Of a stretch of 64,000 nt of DNA, positions 45,782 through 60,500 are shown piece by piece. Made by a program: the position numbers and the translations under genes. The notes below the pieces were generated by a model. It worked only from the letters and a program-made list of their open reading frames with translations, was not told the DNA's origin and made no database searches. The stretch lies in contig FLMG01000683.1 of assembly GCA_900088475.1 (NCBI GenBank), positions 1 to 64,000 on the forward strand, written 5' to 3'. This stretch comes from Hyphochytrium catenoides. Lineage: Eukaryota > Protista > Hyphochytriomycota. Position 1 is the stretch's first letter. Each line of letters opens with the position of its first letter.

Positions 45782-48700
45782 TTATTTACTTGGCTGTGTA
45801 TGTAGGGCATCCTTAGGCTGTGGCTTGGGGCTATCCTCAGAGATATTGGCTTCGTAGTTTGAGTACTGAAGGTTTAATTGCAAGCGTAGCGACTCTTCAT
45901 TGAGCCCAGATGCGAGAATTCGTTCGGTCTTTAGAAGCAGGTCCCGTTGGTCTCGATAGGCCTTGGAAAGGAATGGATTGAGGGGTGAGAGGACCTTGGT
46001 ACTGACGATCTCTCGGATGCGACGGGCATCTCGAACAACCTCCTCCGGAAAACCGCAAATGTCAGCCATCTTAATGCCATAATCGCTGTATGGGTTGAGT
46101 AGTCCGTCTTGAACTTTGTAAACGAACTCTAGCTTGTCCTTGTGAAGGCAGGGAGAAGGCAGGGACCAAGTTACTGAAGACATAGGTGGAGTATAAAAGA
46201 TTCCCTTACCTGTCTCATGCTTACTTGGAGAGAATGATTTCTGACGTTGCTATAGAGTTCTGATAGCTCACATAGAGAATGGTGATGGGTCACAAAGAAA
46301 GTGATGGCCTTTGAAAGCAGTAGATTCTCAGCAACACTCCAGCAGATAGCTATCCCATCCTCGTTGGACGTTCCGCGACCAAGTTCATCCATGAACACGA
46401 TAGAGCGATCCGTAAGGTTCTCGAAAATGTAAGCAGTTTCAACCATTTCTCTCTTGAAAGTACTGATGTTGCTCTCCATGTCATCGCTGCTTCCTATTCT
46501 TGTAAAGATTCTGTCCTTGGCGGAGAGGTATGCCTCCTCTGCGGGGACGAAGCTTCCACATTGGGCCATTATTACCAACAGGGCCACTGCTCGAATGTAT
46601 GTGGACTAAGTTTTGTGAGGCATCAGCGGATTGACTCGTGCCGCTCATGATAACAAGTAGCACACCCTACCTTCCCGGAACAATTAGGCCCAGTAACTAT
46701 GTGAAAATTCATGGCGGGGTTGGCAAAAGTATCACTCGGCACGAACTGGGAANNNNNNNNNNNNNNNNNNNNNNNNNNNNNNNNNNNNNNNNNNNNNNNN
46801 NNNNNNNNNNNNGGAACCTGTATAGGTCGATTGGTAAATGGAGTCCACAAGACAGCGAGAGATAGTAGCGTTACCATCGTCGGTAAGCTTGGGTCGGCAA
46901 TAGGGCTGCCCGGGCGGTGCCTCTAAGGCCAGGATGGCGAAGCTTCAAGTAACGTGAGAGTTAGCAGTAAGCAAAACCACATTAAGAGGTATTAATACGA
47001 CTCCATGACTTCTGTGATCTCGGCGGGGGAAACGCTTCTCCTTCTACCTGGCGAGCATATCCAAGATGGCAATACTCTCAGTGGCGGAGAATAGAGTTTC
47101 GATGTTGTCTTTGATCTGTTCAAGCATGCCCTGTATGCAGTGATGGGAGAGCATATAAATGTCTCTGAGGGACTCATTGGCTCTCTCGTTGAGACTTTCC
47201 ACTTCTTTCGTTGAGCAAACGAGGCCTTTAGAGCTTGATCGCACAAGGCGGATAAAGCAACTTGGGACATCCTGAGTATTGGCGGATAGAATGAAATGGT
47301 AACCCCTAGAAGCGCTGAGTGACAAGTGACCTTGAGTGGACGGAGGCAACGCTATTTGGCTATAACTCAAACCGCTCCGCCGGCCGACCTGAAAGTTAGC
47401 TTCAGGGAACACCTGAACTCCTCAGCATATTGTTCTGCGAGGTCTTGGATATCCTCAATTGCAGCGAGATAAGCCTTTCTAGCGACGTCTAGAAGTCCAT
47501 CAAGCCCTGCCTTGACAGCAAAGCATTCCTGCTGCCTCATCTGCACACCTGACCGAGTCCATAGGGCGCTGGGATCCACGGTGGCGTGAAACACCAAGTA
47601 AATGAGTAAGCGCTTTGTCTCGTCACTACTAGTAGTAGGGTTATTGGTGGTGGACTCACTTCTCGTTGATAACCGAGGTTATAATGGCCTGAGATTCTCG
47701 GTGAACTGGACTGGAAAGACTGTTGGAGAACATCTTTAGCTACCATTGAATCGAGCCCGTTGATCGAACTCACGGAACGATCAAACTCACGCCTCAGTGA
47801 TGGCTCTCAATAACCCAGCGGCTGGGAAGGGTAGTTGTCCTTGGTTAGGGTCAGAGTGCTCTCCCAACATGATTCTTAACTGTTCAACCACGCGAGGAAA
47901 CTCATCCAACGCCTGCTTCAGCGCTAGAGCATTATTGATGCTTGCCCGTGCAATTCTTGGAGTAAGAACCTTGGGAACCATGACCAGCTGACCCTAAAAG
48001 CAGCGTCATTGATCCTTTCGTCCGTGGATATGGCTTCTCTCTTACCAGAAGCTTGTCGTGGTCAGAAAGACTCCTGAGCACATCACATAGGGACTGCAGA
48101 GCCTCAGGTTTTGCCATCAGACATTCCACCGCTGCCAAACGAGCTTCAATTGTTGGGACATGAACACTTGGGCTACGCAACTGGGGTCCGTCAAAAGCGT
48201 ATTGTAGGTTTGGCCCATGCCGTTGCGGGGGACCTACCGTAGCTCTCAGAAGCCGCGAACCCACGGAGGTGCAACATCGATTCATGATGCCAAATAGAGA
48301 TTGCTTCTGACTCCCAGTCCTGGCATTAGCCAATACTTCTAGTTGTCTCACAGTCTAGCAGGGCAGCGGTGTCAGAAGCGTGACGCAGTCGCATCTCTTG
48401 GCTTCCTACCTCATGATCTAGCGTAAGCTTGCCTTTCGCAGATACGCTCTTGATAAATACAGAATGGTCGCGAAATGTGAAGCCTTGAATAAACTGCGAG
48501 CGCATATCAGCAACTAAGCATACAGGTTGATGCGATCTCAGCGACGAGGACAGTTACCTCTACATACTTAAGGAGGCAGTTCACAGCAGCTGTGATGACA
48601 TACCCCTTTTTGACTATCTCAGGTTCTAGGCAGTTGATCGAGATCCTCTTCATCTCCTGGCTGCCTCTTGTTTGACTGCAGCAGAGAATGAGGTCAGGCT

Positions 48701-49318
48701 TAATAAGCCCAATGGAGGATGTGGAGCGCATCCAAAGGGCATCCTGTTCGTTACTCGTAATATTGGCGGGAGATCTTGACAATCTTGATGTGCGAGGTCG
48801 GAGTCTCGAACGTCTGTCTCAGTATCTTTTGGAGTGGACGATCTTTGTGGCTCTCTATCGTGAGAACTTCTACTGGCTAAGAGTCCGTTAAGTGAGCCAA
48901 GTACAGTCGTTGTTTCTAAAATGTGATTACCAACCTCATACTCCTTAAGCAGTGCAATGGTGTTAGCAAACTTTTGAGAATCCAAAATGTGAGATATAAG
49001 GAGCTCGTGAGGGCTCTGCAGGTCGAGTGCACATAGCCCAACCTCACGGGCCCTATTTTCTGCAAGCGCTACTATATAAAGTGTGTCACGATTGCTCCCA
49101 CAACCAGGCTTAGCCGCTTCTGACTCTCCGGCATTGAAACTAGATGCTCTGCCACTACTTCTACTTCCTGTACGGCTGCGATGCTGTGAGTCCTTCTTTC
49201 TTCCATTTATCTTAGCTGACGAGGTTCGAACGTTGCTATCTCGACCCAGAGGTCCCCCCACTGCGAGCGTCTCATACCTAGAGACAAGCACAGAATCATC
49301 AGATCTGAAGCTCAGCAT
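45782..49318 (-). CDS. MSH4: Meiosis-specific MutS homolog MSH4; multi-exon, spans N gap 46753-46812
   Basis: IVALAENRAREVG; CFAVKAGLDGLLDVARKAY (MSH4-typical); TGPNCSGK|STY; STFKREMVET; DELGRGTS; YGIKMADICGFP. No N-terminal mismatch-binding domain. Confidence 0.92.
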
Positions 49319-50147
49319 CTCTTCATTGGATTCTCAGTACTGATCAGGCTAGCAGCAGCTTAATTCTTGAAAAACCACCCAGATGACCCAGGAAGCAAAA
49401 CAGCTAATGAAGAAAGCCTCCTCTTCAGCATTTATTCGTAAATCGAGGGACTAGTTCGCCAACGACCTTCGTTATTCTTCTGGCATCTATCGCGCTGGCC
49501 TGCCTTTCAGTGGAATCTCGCAAATGTCCAGCAGAAATTGGTTCCCTACCATTTGATTTGGAAGGAGATTCCTCAATGACCATTAGAATCTCGCAGCTCA
49601 TGGGTTATTAGAACTAAATTCCGGGGTCAAGTAGTTCTTGAAGCAAGAGACCTTATTTTACTCCAAGTCATCAGAATCCCAAATTGAAGTATCTCTTACA
49701 AACGCAGAGCGGTTCGTTGGAAGTACTGATACTTGCGTTACACCTGAGAACTGATAATCAGAGACTTCAGAATATTAGTTATCAGCAGTGTGGCACGAAG
49801 ATCTGATCTAATACTTTTCAAGCGTTGCTGATGGAGCTGATGGATCTGAACTCTCATGATGGATCTGGTAAGAAGCACTACTTTGCATTCCTCCTTGATG
49901 TGAATGTATGACAGTGGGCCTCAAAGCTGGTGGAGGCTTCTTCTTCACTGGCGTCCAAAGATCATTATCCCTAGGAATCTCATGCCACGACAGTGCCTTG
50001 TTTCCGCTTAACCCAGGGTAGCTGCCCCGCTTGATGAGAGCTGCGACGGGGATCCGGCATCGCTTCTTGAAGATCCTTAGCCTATCAGACCGTTCGCCAC
50101 TAGAAGAAAGAGGAAAGCACCCTGGGTGCTCCATCCCGTTAGAAAAA

Positions 50148-52466
50148 ATGGCGGTACTAGGCTTTGAGGTTGTGACGGGGCTAATCACAATGTTCATGTT
50201 GAGCAAGCTGGCACCCTACTACAACCTGGCAATCAAGGTGAGCCCTTAACTATTATAGGTTTCTGCACCTCGTGCTGAATTGCGACACGTCATCAGCTGC
50301 TCTCAGGGTTGACTTATTGCATACCCTTTTCGAGAGAGGACCTGGATACGCTCGATAGAAAAGCTGGTAGCTCAAAGAAGGGAAAGGTAAGGAGATTGAT
50401 GGAAAATATGGACTCAAGAAAAGGTAATAGTTATCATGTCTACAGGCTCCCGCGGCTTCAGAAGTTGGAATATACACTCGGAAGATAGGCCACAACGAGG
50501 ATATATTGGGATTATTATGCTTCACCGAGGTAACGCAGTACATATTAATACTTACATCATCGCGTTCACCGGCTAACTCGAAAGTCCTCAGTACAGCACC
50601 ATAGTCATGTTGGCAGCAGCTGGAACTATCGTCTTTCTCGTGTCAGAAGTTCGGGTACGCACATCGCGCAATTAGCAATGCTGTGAAGAAAGCTTTTTCA
50701 TTATCGGTCGATGTCACCCAGGGATGCTTCACGGAAGGGACACTCTCTGATGCGCCATTCTGGCTCTGTGCTACCGCTACGCTGATTTGCATTGGCTCTC
50801 TTCTGACGGTAGGTGCCTTAGATGAATTAAGGACCTAGGCTAGCTGCTAAATAACTCGCATAGTACTCGGGCCTACAAGCGGGATCAGATGATAGGGCTA
50901 TCGTTATTTTGGTCACTGTATTGGCAAGCATGATTGCTTGTGCAACACTCTTCGTTCCAGGAACCCATCGCCTCTTTGATTTCGGCATTGAAGAGGTGAG
51001 CAATAAGTTAGCTGGCTGCATCATAGTTGGCGTTAATTTCTCTCTTGATGTGTGCTAGGGGCTGATGGAGTTCCAGAGCCGTATTGATACCTTGCTGACT
51101 GCTTTTGGCATGAAGGTGAGATGAAAATTTACCAGACACGTTGACAGTTTTGCTGACGTCTGCTATAGCCTTCACTTAAAGTCAGCCGAGAGACTTTTTA
51201 TATTGTGCTGTCATTTGCTGCTGGTTTGTTATCTGGAGCCTATGTCAATGGATGCATTGCTCTGGCGCGCCTACATAACATATGCCAAGAGCCCTCAAGA
51301 CTCAGCTCTTTCGCTAAACTTTGGACCAGACTGAATATACTTGTCCCTGTCTTGGCAGCTTCCTTATGGATCAAACCATTGAGCTCTGACTTGATTGTAA
51401 GGGCCCTTTCTGCTAGTTGCCATCATTTTTCTCTTCTAATCTCTTCACTTCAGCTTCCCAAGGGGCTTATCCGCTGCCACGAAAACGCTATCTATCGGGA
51501 TTGTCTTCCTGAGACTGAAAGCGAGAAGTATAGCTTCATGTAGGTAGCTCAGGCGAGCTACACGTCTTCGCTTTAGACGGTGGTAGGCTAACATCGACTT
51601 ACAACCTCCTAGCATGACAGAAAGTCGGTGGGAGGCCTTCCGATTGTCCATGCTATTTTTGTTCTTCCTTTCAAGAATGACGGCCTTCAGGACCTACATG
51701 CAAGTGTACCTTGATGACGCCAAAGTCCCTATTATTCTCAAATACTTTAAGCCGAGGGCTATAAGCGGCGAAATGCTGAACCTGAAGGTACTTCTCAACC
51801 TCTATATTGCCCTCTCTTGCATGTCTAACACAAACTAACTCACACTCATTAATCAGATAGTGGTACATTTTGGACGTTTGGGCCCGATCTGCCTGCAATA
51901 CATCGCTCCAACTCTAATTACCTACTTCTTGATCCTATCGTACAAGCAGAAGTCTGCCATAGACCTGGGAGTTTGCCGACATACAGGCGAGGTATGAATA
52001 TGAGGATTATCTCATTCCTACTGTTTTTTCACTGGCTGACACTGTTACTAGGTCCTGCGAAGCCTTGGGCTCCCAGACCACCTGGCGCCAAAAGCCACCG
52101 GTTATTCGCTTCCATCAGCTACCTTGGACCCACTGATGGGTCTCGATTTCAATAGTGAAGAACTGTCAGCGCAGGACGTTATCAAGATCTGGAACCGTAA
52201 GAGTGCAATGGGATAAAATGGTTCTCTCGCCCTATCTAACCAAACTTCTATCGTTCGTATCTACAGGAGTCAGCGCATTCGGCATTGGCTCACCAGTCTT
52301 CTTTCGATCGGTTTTATCCTTCCTTCTTTGGTGGTCAACATCTTCCATCGTCGTTATCTCAGTGCTTGCGAGCACCTACTGGCAGGGCGTAGGAAACGGC
52401 CAACTGACAATTGCAAGCAGAGCAGACGCAATCGCGGCCGGAAAGAAAGCCAAAAAGACCAAGTAA
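50148..52466 (+). CDS. TMEM161: TMEM161 family multi-pass membrane protein; many short introns
   Basis: MAVLGFEVVTGLITMFMLSKLAPYYNLA, LNILVPVLAASLWIKPL, RTYMQVYL, CLQYIAP and FRSVLSFLLWW follow the TMEM161 pattern as I recall it. C-terminal KKTK is a di-lysine ER-retrieval motif. Confidence 0.8.
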
Positions 52467-52691
52467 TGCTTCCCTTGACCTGTTGAAGATTGAACTGATC
52501 TCCTAGTAGGCAGATAATATTCAATCCCCCAGCCTCCCGTTAGCTAGTAGCTCATCAATGTTGACCATATGGCCCCTGCTCTACAACTCTATGATAAGTC
52601 TGGTTGCCATTTGTCTTCCACCCCGTTTGAGCCGTAAACGTGACCGATGTAGTGATAGTCTTTGGGGAACGGGCCCTAGGATGGACTGACG

Positions 52692-55600
52692 ATGAGACAG
52701 GAGGATGGAGAGAGCTTGGACATGAGCTTGCAAGCAGCAGCTTCTGCTGGAAGTCGGCTGGTGTCTGTGCGAAACTGTAAGAGAACAATGGAAGGCGAAC
52801 AGCAAGAACTGACGTGGAGGGAAGTCCCAATGAAACTTACTTCTCCTGGAGGAGCTGTGGATGCCGCATCCGTTACAGAAGCTTTGGGCAGACACTGCAC
52901 TCGTAGTCTTCCTCTCCCTCTCTCTTCCTTTCCCTCCCTCTCTTTGTCTCTGCTCTTATTCTCTCTCGTTCTTGTTCTCTCTCTTTCACTGTCTCCTTTT
53001 CTGTTCTCCCTCTGCTCTCTTTTTGCCCCACAGGGTCTTTCCCTCCTTGACTTTCTCTCTCTCTCTGTCTGTCTCTCTCTGTCTCTCTCTCCCCACCCCC
53101 TCTCTCTCGTTGGCTACTGTTCAGTGCAATCTTCCTTCGCCTCGCCCAATCCTTTTCTCTCTCGGTCACGCCCCTCTCTCACCTCTTCCTTTCGGATCTA
53201 ACCTTCTGACTCTTTACCCTCACTGCTCCTTTTCTAAATGTTATCTCTCCCATTGCGTAAGCCAGTAAACTTCATCAATAGAGATCGTGCTCTGCTTCCA
53301 TTTTCCTCTCTTTTCTTTCTTGGTCTCTCTCTCCCCCTCTTTCTTTCCTGTCAAAGACAACACTGGCTAGCGCTTGTTCCCTCATCTTTTCCTCTTTGTC
53401 CGGTCTTCTTGACTCGTCCTGTCTTTTACAAGTGATGAGCTGAGTCAAGCATTATCTTATTCCCTCCTCTCCTTGCGCAAGCAGAGACTAGCTTCTTGGA
53501 AAAAGCGCTTTCTTAATCGGACTTGCCACCCTCTCACTGAGCTTTAGCTCTGCTCGTTCTCCATTTGCCTCGCTGTCTGCCTTCCTTTCCTTTAACTGCA
53601 GCTCTCGTCTCTGCCTGTGTCATTCTACTCTTCTTGTTCTCTTGATCAAGGGGACCTTCCTCTGTCTCTCTGTCTGGGCTCTCCTCTGTCATATTTTTCT
53701 TTGGTTACCATAGCTCTGAGTGCCATTGTGGTCTTGGTGCAGACAGAGGGTGGGCAAGGATATCTAGCGGAACCAAAGGTTTGAGAGCAATAGAGAAGAA
53801 GAGAGACAAAGCGTATAAAAGCAGGAAAGAGGATGTAGGAAAGGTATCTTAACTTTTTCCCTTGTGGTCAGCAGTCTGTGAGGCTGCTGCCGGCTGTTGC
53901 AGCCCGCTTGGCTGCTTCATCATATCTGTCTGGGACTTTCAGAGGCTATGTCTGGGAGTAGGAAATGGCTGCTTAACCAGTAACTTCAAGCAGCCAGCTC
54001 TGACTCCGTACGAGGCTGCGTGGCCTTATGACCTCTCGGAACTGAGTAACGGACTCTAGAACAGGGTCCTGGGTGTCTCATAAAGCAGACAGCGGAAAGA
54101 AGGAACATAACGGAGAAAAAGATGGAGGGAACCGCTCCCGTTCAGGAGGAGGTGCAGTGGGCGAACGAGTGGAGCAAACTAGATCAGCCTCTCTCGGATT
54201 CCAAGCTTTCAGAGCTTTATTCCCGATCCTCTGACCTCCAAGCAGTGGTGAGTTACTTCCCATTTCAAGCTAAGCCCTGACCGTGCTCCTTGCACTCATA
54301 GTAAGGACTCCCTCCGTCTTTGCGTCGCTTGCACTCCCTGGCTCTCCCGCATTGTGCCATATTTTAGTGTTACAACAACTGCATCAAAGAGAAAGGGCTC
54401 CCTGTTGCCGTGAACGCGGTGGATGCACTCAGCCTCTTCCAGAGCAAAATTCAGTCCCTTTGGAGTCTTGGTGTCTTTAGGAATCTTAGAGAGCTTTCGA
54501 TTATCCAGCACTCCGCGGTCAATAGTTTGATTGGTAAGCGGCTGTCACCACAGTCCCCGCATCTCGTCTATCTCATACTCCTTCTACTGTCTCTCCCTCT
54601 ATTCATCTTCTCTCTCTCTCTCTCTTGGCCTCGCATGCGTAAGCTATGTCTCTCGTTTGACAAGTCCGTCTCGGCGCGCTTTCTTGCCGTCGAATTCTCT
54701 CTTACTATATGTAGACGACCCTGTTTATCTCTTTGTTCCCCTATTCCTTCTTTCTATATCTTCTGTATGCGCAGGTAGCTCTGTATGTCCTCGCCCATCT
54801 CTCTCTCTCTCCTTTCATTCCTTGCCCTCTTCCTCAATACTCTTCACTTCTTCTTACATACCGCTATATATCTGTATACCATAGGTCTCCAGCACTGCAA
54901 GGCACTGGAAAAACTCTGGGTCTCTGAGTGCTCTATAACCTCGATTGATTATATTGCTGAATGTGAGAACCTAACGCATGTGGATCTGAGCTGCAACGCC
55001 ATAGAGAAGATTAAAGGAATAGAAAGACTGAGCAAACTGGAGTCACTCTGGCTGAACGAGAACCGTATTAACACTATTGAGGTGGGTGAGAAGCGACCAC
55101 AAGCCAAGCTGGATCCAATAGAAAGAGCCAGAGGATGGATGAAAAGAGAGAACGATGGGCTGAAAAAGAGAGGGAGGGAGAGCAAGAGACAGAGAGAATG
55201 AGAGGGGGCGAGAGAGAGCAGCAGGAAGGAGACTCCCCTCCTCGCCCAAAAGTGTACGTCCTCTGTTCTTGCACGATCAAGGGTTATCTAGGCAGAAGAC
55301 TTCGCTGTCCAATGCCGGCATCACAATGCACTCTCGGGTTTTTTATTTCCGACCACCTCTACCCTGCCTGTGACCGCCCTCGCTTATGATCTGGACCTCC
55401 TGTCTGTTTTCCTATGCCAGGGCCTTGCAAGTCTGAAGTCTCTGAAGTCTCTATACTTGGCTCGTAATAGTATTAAGACGATTGGGGATGGTCTAAGCAA
55501 GAATGAAGCCCTGAGAGAGCTAAATCTCTCCGATAACTTGCTTTGGAGCTTTTCAGATATCGCCAAGCTCCGGCGACTACCGAGCTTAAGAATCCTCTCC

Positions 55601-57463
55601 CTTGCTGATCCGCACTTTGGTGCCAACCCTATCTGCTCCATCAACAACTACAGAGTAAGTGGTCACATCTGCTGCCTAAGTGGTCAAGCAACGCATGGAG
55701 GATTGATATAAGACAGGACTAGCCGTAGTACGAGCGAGTGTTTGCGGGAAATGAGAGAGCTGGCATAGGTGCGGAATCACGCTTACCACGGCTTGTTTTT
55801 CGAGAGGGACTGCACCTTAGTCCTGTGGGCCTCTGGCTGTTAGCTAACTCATGTCTTGTCCAGCTGTCGATGGTGAATTCTTTCCCGTATCTTCAGTACC
55901 TAGACGCTAGGAGAGTGGACGATGAGGAGATGAAAGGCGGAGAGGCTACGCTTGCGAGAAAACGGATGTACTATAACATGAAGATGAAGGCGTTAGAGGG
56001 GCGCGCAGCAGCCATCACACAGCAGGCAGAGGTTAGACAAGCCTCCATTGAACATATCCATTCCTACTTACGTATATCTCCGCCTTCTTTCCTGGCCTTC
56101 ACTCTCGTAGAGGCTTTGTCAGGGCGTAGAAAGTGCTATTGACAATTACGTCTTCGCGCTAGAAGAGAAGCGTCATATACTTCGTTTCCTGCAGAGTCAG
56201 AAGGAAAAGCTTCAGATCACCGCTGCCGATGGAGCAATAATCGAGGCAAGTTGCCTCATGGAGCTTGACTGTGCCCACATAAGAGCTTTCGCTCTCTGTC
56301 TTTCTCCCTTCTCTTTCTCTTGCCCTTATCTCTGCACTTACGTCCTAGTCGACGTCTAGGTTACACCCCCTCCCCTTCCTGGAGCTCCCATGTTCCGGTC
56401 GTCAATGTCTCAAGATTACCCCTTTCCGCCCATTTAGCTACCTTTCTTATTGTCACACACGTAACATCCTGCCTATGTATTGCTGCAAGAGTCCCCATGT
56501 GTTGCTCGATCTTGCTGCGCTGAGGTTGAGGTCTTATGAGCTTGTTACCTTTCCAGGGTGAAGCAGCCCACGTTTCTCTCGCGTCCTCGCTACAGCAGCT
56601 TCAATTAAGGAGGAATGATGTGCGGGAGCGTTGCAAAGCGACTACCGCTGAGGTTCAAGGTGCCCTGGAGTGGAAGCTTAAGCTGCTGACCAGAGAACTA
56701 GAGACCTGTGGAAACGTGAAGCTCAGCTATCTCGAACCGAGTGACGAAGGCCACAGGTCAGGGCAATGCGTGGCTGAGGAGGAAAGGGAAAAGGCAATAA
56801 GGAATGCAAGGAGAGAGAAGATCCAATAGAAGAAGGAGAAGAGGGGGTCTGACTAGGTAGTCAAAGAAGGAGGTGTAAGGCTAGAGTACCGACGAAGGGC
56901 AACGATCAGTTGGTGGTTGACCAACTCCCGTGTCCTCTTTTTAGGTCCGCGTCAGAGCTGCTTCTCTCTAGCTTCAAGCCTGCAGACTTCAAAGACTATG
57001 GAATTGTAGGCGTCAGGGTACGTACGCGAGAGAGTCGATTGGGAACGAGAGGGCTAATCTTTCTTCTTTGGCCTAACTTCGGCAGGGACGAGGGTTGCAT
57101 TTCTTTCCTTCCAGACCCTTCGTACTTATCCGTTCCCTGTTGTCTACCTGTCGACTTATATACTCCTCTGTCTCTCCGTCTCTCTCTACCTTGAGCTTTG
57201 ACTTGCTTGCTCTCTCCACCAATGTATACGCTCCATTTAACTTCCATCGGTCCCCTGTCGGCTATATAGGTGATTGCGGTCTGCCAGTTTACGAACACAT
57301 TTCTGAAGCTTCGATCCGAATCGCAGAGCGTCAAAAGTCAGCGAGCAGACGATGAGAGGAGACCGGCAGCTGGGAAGAGTTGTTCGGAAGAGGAAAAAGG
57401 TAAGGAAAAAACTTGACTATTGGACGAAGAGGCAGAAGAGAGATGGAAGCAGCCAGCATTCTC

Positions 57464-57500
<37 letters not shown>

Positions 57501-60500
57501 CTCTCTCTCTTTCTTGACCTTGCGTTGTGGCTCTCTATAATCCAGCAGCCGTCACCGAGGGTGGCAAGGGGGAGACACAGACCAAGCCATTGCCAGAGTC
57601 ACGACTGTTTGTCATCCCCAAGACCGACGGAGGGAGACCTCTCCATTTTGAAGAGGTCTTGCTTAAGCTTCATCTCCCTTTGTGATTCCTGGCCGCCATC
57701 TATTATTTTTTATCTTCGCCTCTTCTCTTTCCCGTTCTCTTTCTGTCTCGCTATCGTCTGACCCACAGTTTGAGAAATATCAGTTCATTTTTCTTTCCAA
57801 TCTTTGGCCTCTCTCTCTCTCCTTTGGACCTTCTATAATGCTCTCACCCTTTCCGGGGTATAGTTGCTGACGATCACTTGTGTCCTAGCTGACTGATGTC
57901 TGGCCAGAGGGAATGAAAGTCTGCTGCAACTCCCTTAGTCCGCTTGATCTTCCCGAGCTCTTAGCACTTATTGCCACCAAGGGGCTCAACGGTAGAAAAC
58001 CGGTAAGAGGCATAGTAAATCGAGCGGCTCTCCTTTTCTTCCATGTCTCTTTCTTTCTCTTTGACACCTTACTATTGGACTGATTGCCTGCAGTGTTGCT
58101 TTACACTGTTTAGTACATCGACAGAAGATCTGTTTGACGTACGCCCTCCTTAACACACTCGCCCCTTCCTCTCTTCCTCTTCCTTCTTCCCTCTCTCACC
58201 ACTCTCTCTGCCTATTCGTCATTTCCTCTGTTCCTCCTCCCATCTCAATCCGTCTTAGGTGGCTGAATGCAACTATGATTTGGAGAAGGTTGGTTGGGAG
58301 GGTCCTCCTCTATCTGACAGCACCATCAGGGTTGGGCTCCTAGGCCTACAGAAGGTACGTGGGGACAAGGTGGAGAAACATGGCACTCAGCTTATCAACG
58401 CCACTAATAACAATCCTCTCTTCTATGCTCGCTGGTTCCCGCTCTCCCTAATGTCTCTGTCTCTGTCTCGCTCTCTCTCTCTCGGTCGCACTCATCTTCT
58501 CTCTCTCTCTCTCCCTCGCACTCGTCTTTCCTCTCTCTACATAGATATATAGACCTATCTATCTATCCCCCTGCCTTTCCACACTGCCCATCGAGCACTA
58601 GATTATGTCCGTAGGGTTGAAGTGTGATGTGTCCTGAATATACTGCGCCTCTCTCGCGGCCCATCCTTTCCTATCTTACGCCACTATCTTACGCTAATAG
58701 AAGCCAATGGGTCTCTCTCTCTGCCTTTCTCGTAGGGAGACTGGTCCCTTCCTCTCCGAAGGCTGGTAGTCGCCAAGGTAGGACGTCTACTTGAGTGCGC
58801 TTGTTGCTTTGGTTGCCATCATAGCTCTATAGTCTTTACTCTCTATCTATCCCATAAGCTTACGCTTTGATGCAGATGCAAAGTGAGGTGCCGGTTCTGC
58901 CTGCGGCTGGAAGGAAGAGCGCGGATCCCAAACAAGTTTATGTGACGGAGAAGCCTGTACGATTTTGATCATACCTCTCCTCGTGTTGCTACTTCTTCCT
59001 TCCTCTTCTTTCCATCTACTCCTCATCACACTCCGTCTGTTTATCCAGCAACTTTCTCGTCTTCCTCTTGGTTTATCGCCATCATGGGTTCATCCTTAGG
59101 CTCGCATGGCTTATCTGGAGACGTCCTTCAGATTTTGATGACAGCACCTTCAAAGCTGATCTTTGAGCTTTCTGATCATGTCGTTCTTTTGCTCCCTTTA
59201 GTGCTCTATATGTCTCTGTCTCTCGATTAGCTTGTCTCAGGGCCTCACGCCGCCGTCTAAGGATTGACTTCTCACTTACGGAGAATTCTTCCCTGTTCTC
59301 TTAACCTCTTTTGCCCTCAGTCTGACCCTGAGCAGAAGAAGTGGACGGTAGGAGATGAGGTCTCTTTAGTGCCTGAGTTTATTATCGAGTATGAGTACGT
59401 TGTGGAAGACTCGTTCGCCATCAGACTTCCTCAGAAGGAAAGGGCCGACATAGGAGCCTCCGTGGAAGGAGAAAAGAACGGGAACAGCGAGGCCGGGGAG
59501 GAAATCACTGCAGATAACTGGGCTTCCAAGAGCGAGAAATCTCTTCTGTCTTTCTCTGGGCTACCGGGAGGTGGAGACGCCTCTTCATCGGAGCTGAGAA
59601 CCCTCCTGGCGCCCCTTGTGAAGTTGAAGTTTGGCCTGCAGAACATGGGCTACCTCTCATCTCCCCAGGTCTGCCAGTCATCGTAAAAAGTTGCGCTTCG
59701 GCCATTCTCTGGCCTGTTGTCATCTCCCTTACCCTTGCCGCTTCACTCTCATCGCGCCATACATCCATTCCAATGTTTCTCTTGCGGTACGCTGTGCTCA
59801 GTTCCCATAGCTCATTCATCCCGCGTGTCCCCATCTTCTCCTCTTTCCCCGTGTACCTCTCTCCCCGTGTATATTCTTTTTTTCCTCCTCTCAATCTTCC
59901 CGTTCCTCAGTCCAAACTGGAACAACTGGCTCGTGGAGCGCTGGACAAGTTGTCGTGTCTCGGCATACCCAGAGATGCAATGCCTTCCCCTTCTCTAGAA
60001 AAGGCAGAGCTGCTGTTGCTGAATAACATGGAGACAGCGGAAGACTTAAGGGAGCTGGACATCAGTCACTGCAGGTAAGGCCGGACGAGTATACAGATTC
60101 CATTATGTGGAGGAAGAGAGCGAGGGGTTGAGAAGCGTTATGCAGCAGTCTAGCGCAGAAGCAACAGGACTCAGACTTACCAGGACCTCCTCCATCTCTG
60201 TTCGACCCCTCTTTCTCTTTCTTGCTCTCTCTATCCCCCCTCTCTTCTTCGTAGGGAACCCATGCTGCACAAGCTGTCCCAGTTTCCCTTGCTGCAAACC
60301 TTACGAGCGCAGTTCTGCGGCCTATCTTCTCTCTCGTTCTCTTCTACCGCGTTATCGTCTTCCTTCGACATCTCCAACATCGCCTCTTTTCAAGGTCTTA
60401 CCTCCCTTGACCTCTCCTTCAACCGCATCCTGAGGCTAGACAGGGAAACCTTTGAGGGGCTCTCGGTACTGCGAGAGCTCACTCTTCAGCACAATCTCTT

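Noticed and set aside
49400-50206. Minus-strand ORF 49808-50206 and splice-like signals upstream of MSH4
   Set aside because: It overlaps the TMEM161 start and could not be spliced in frame to MSH4, which has an in-frame TGA just before its ATG. Probably UTR.
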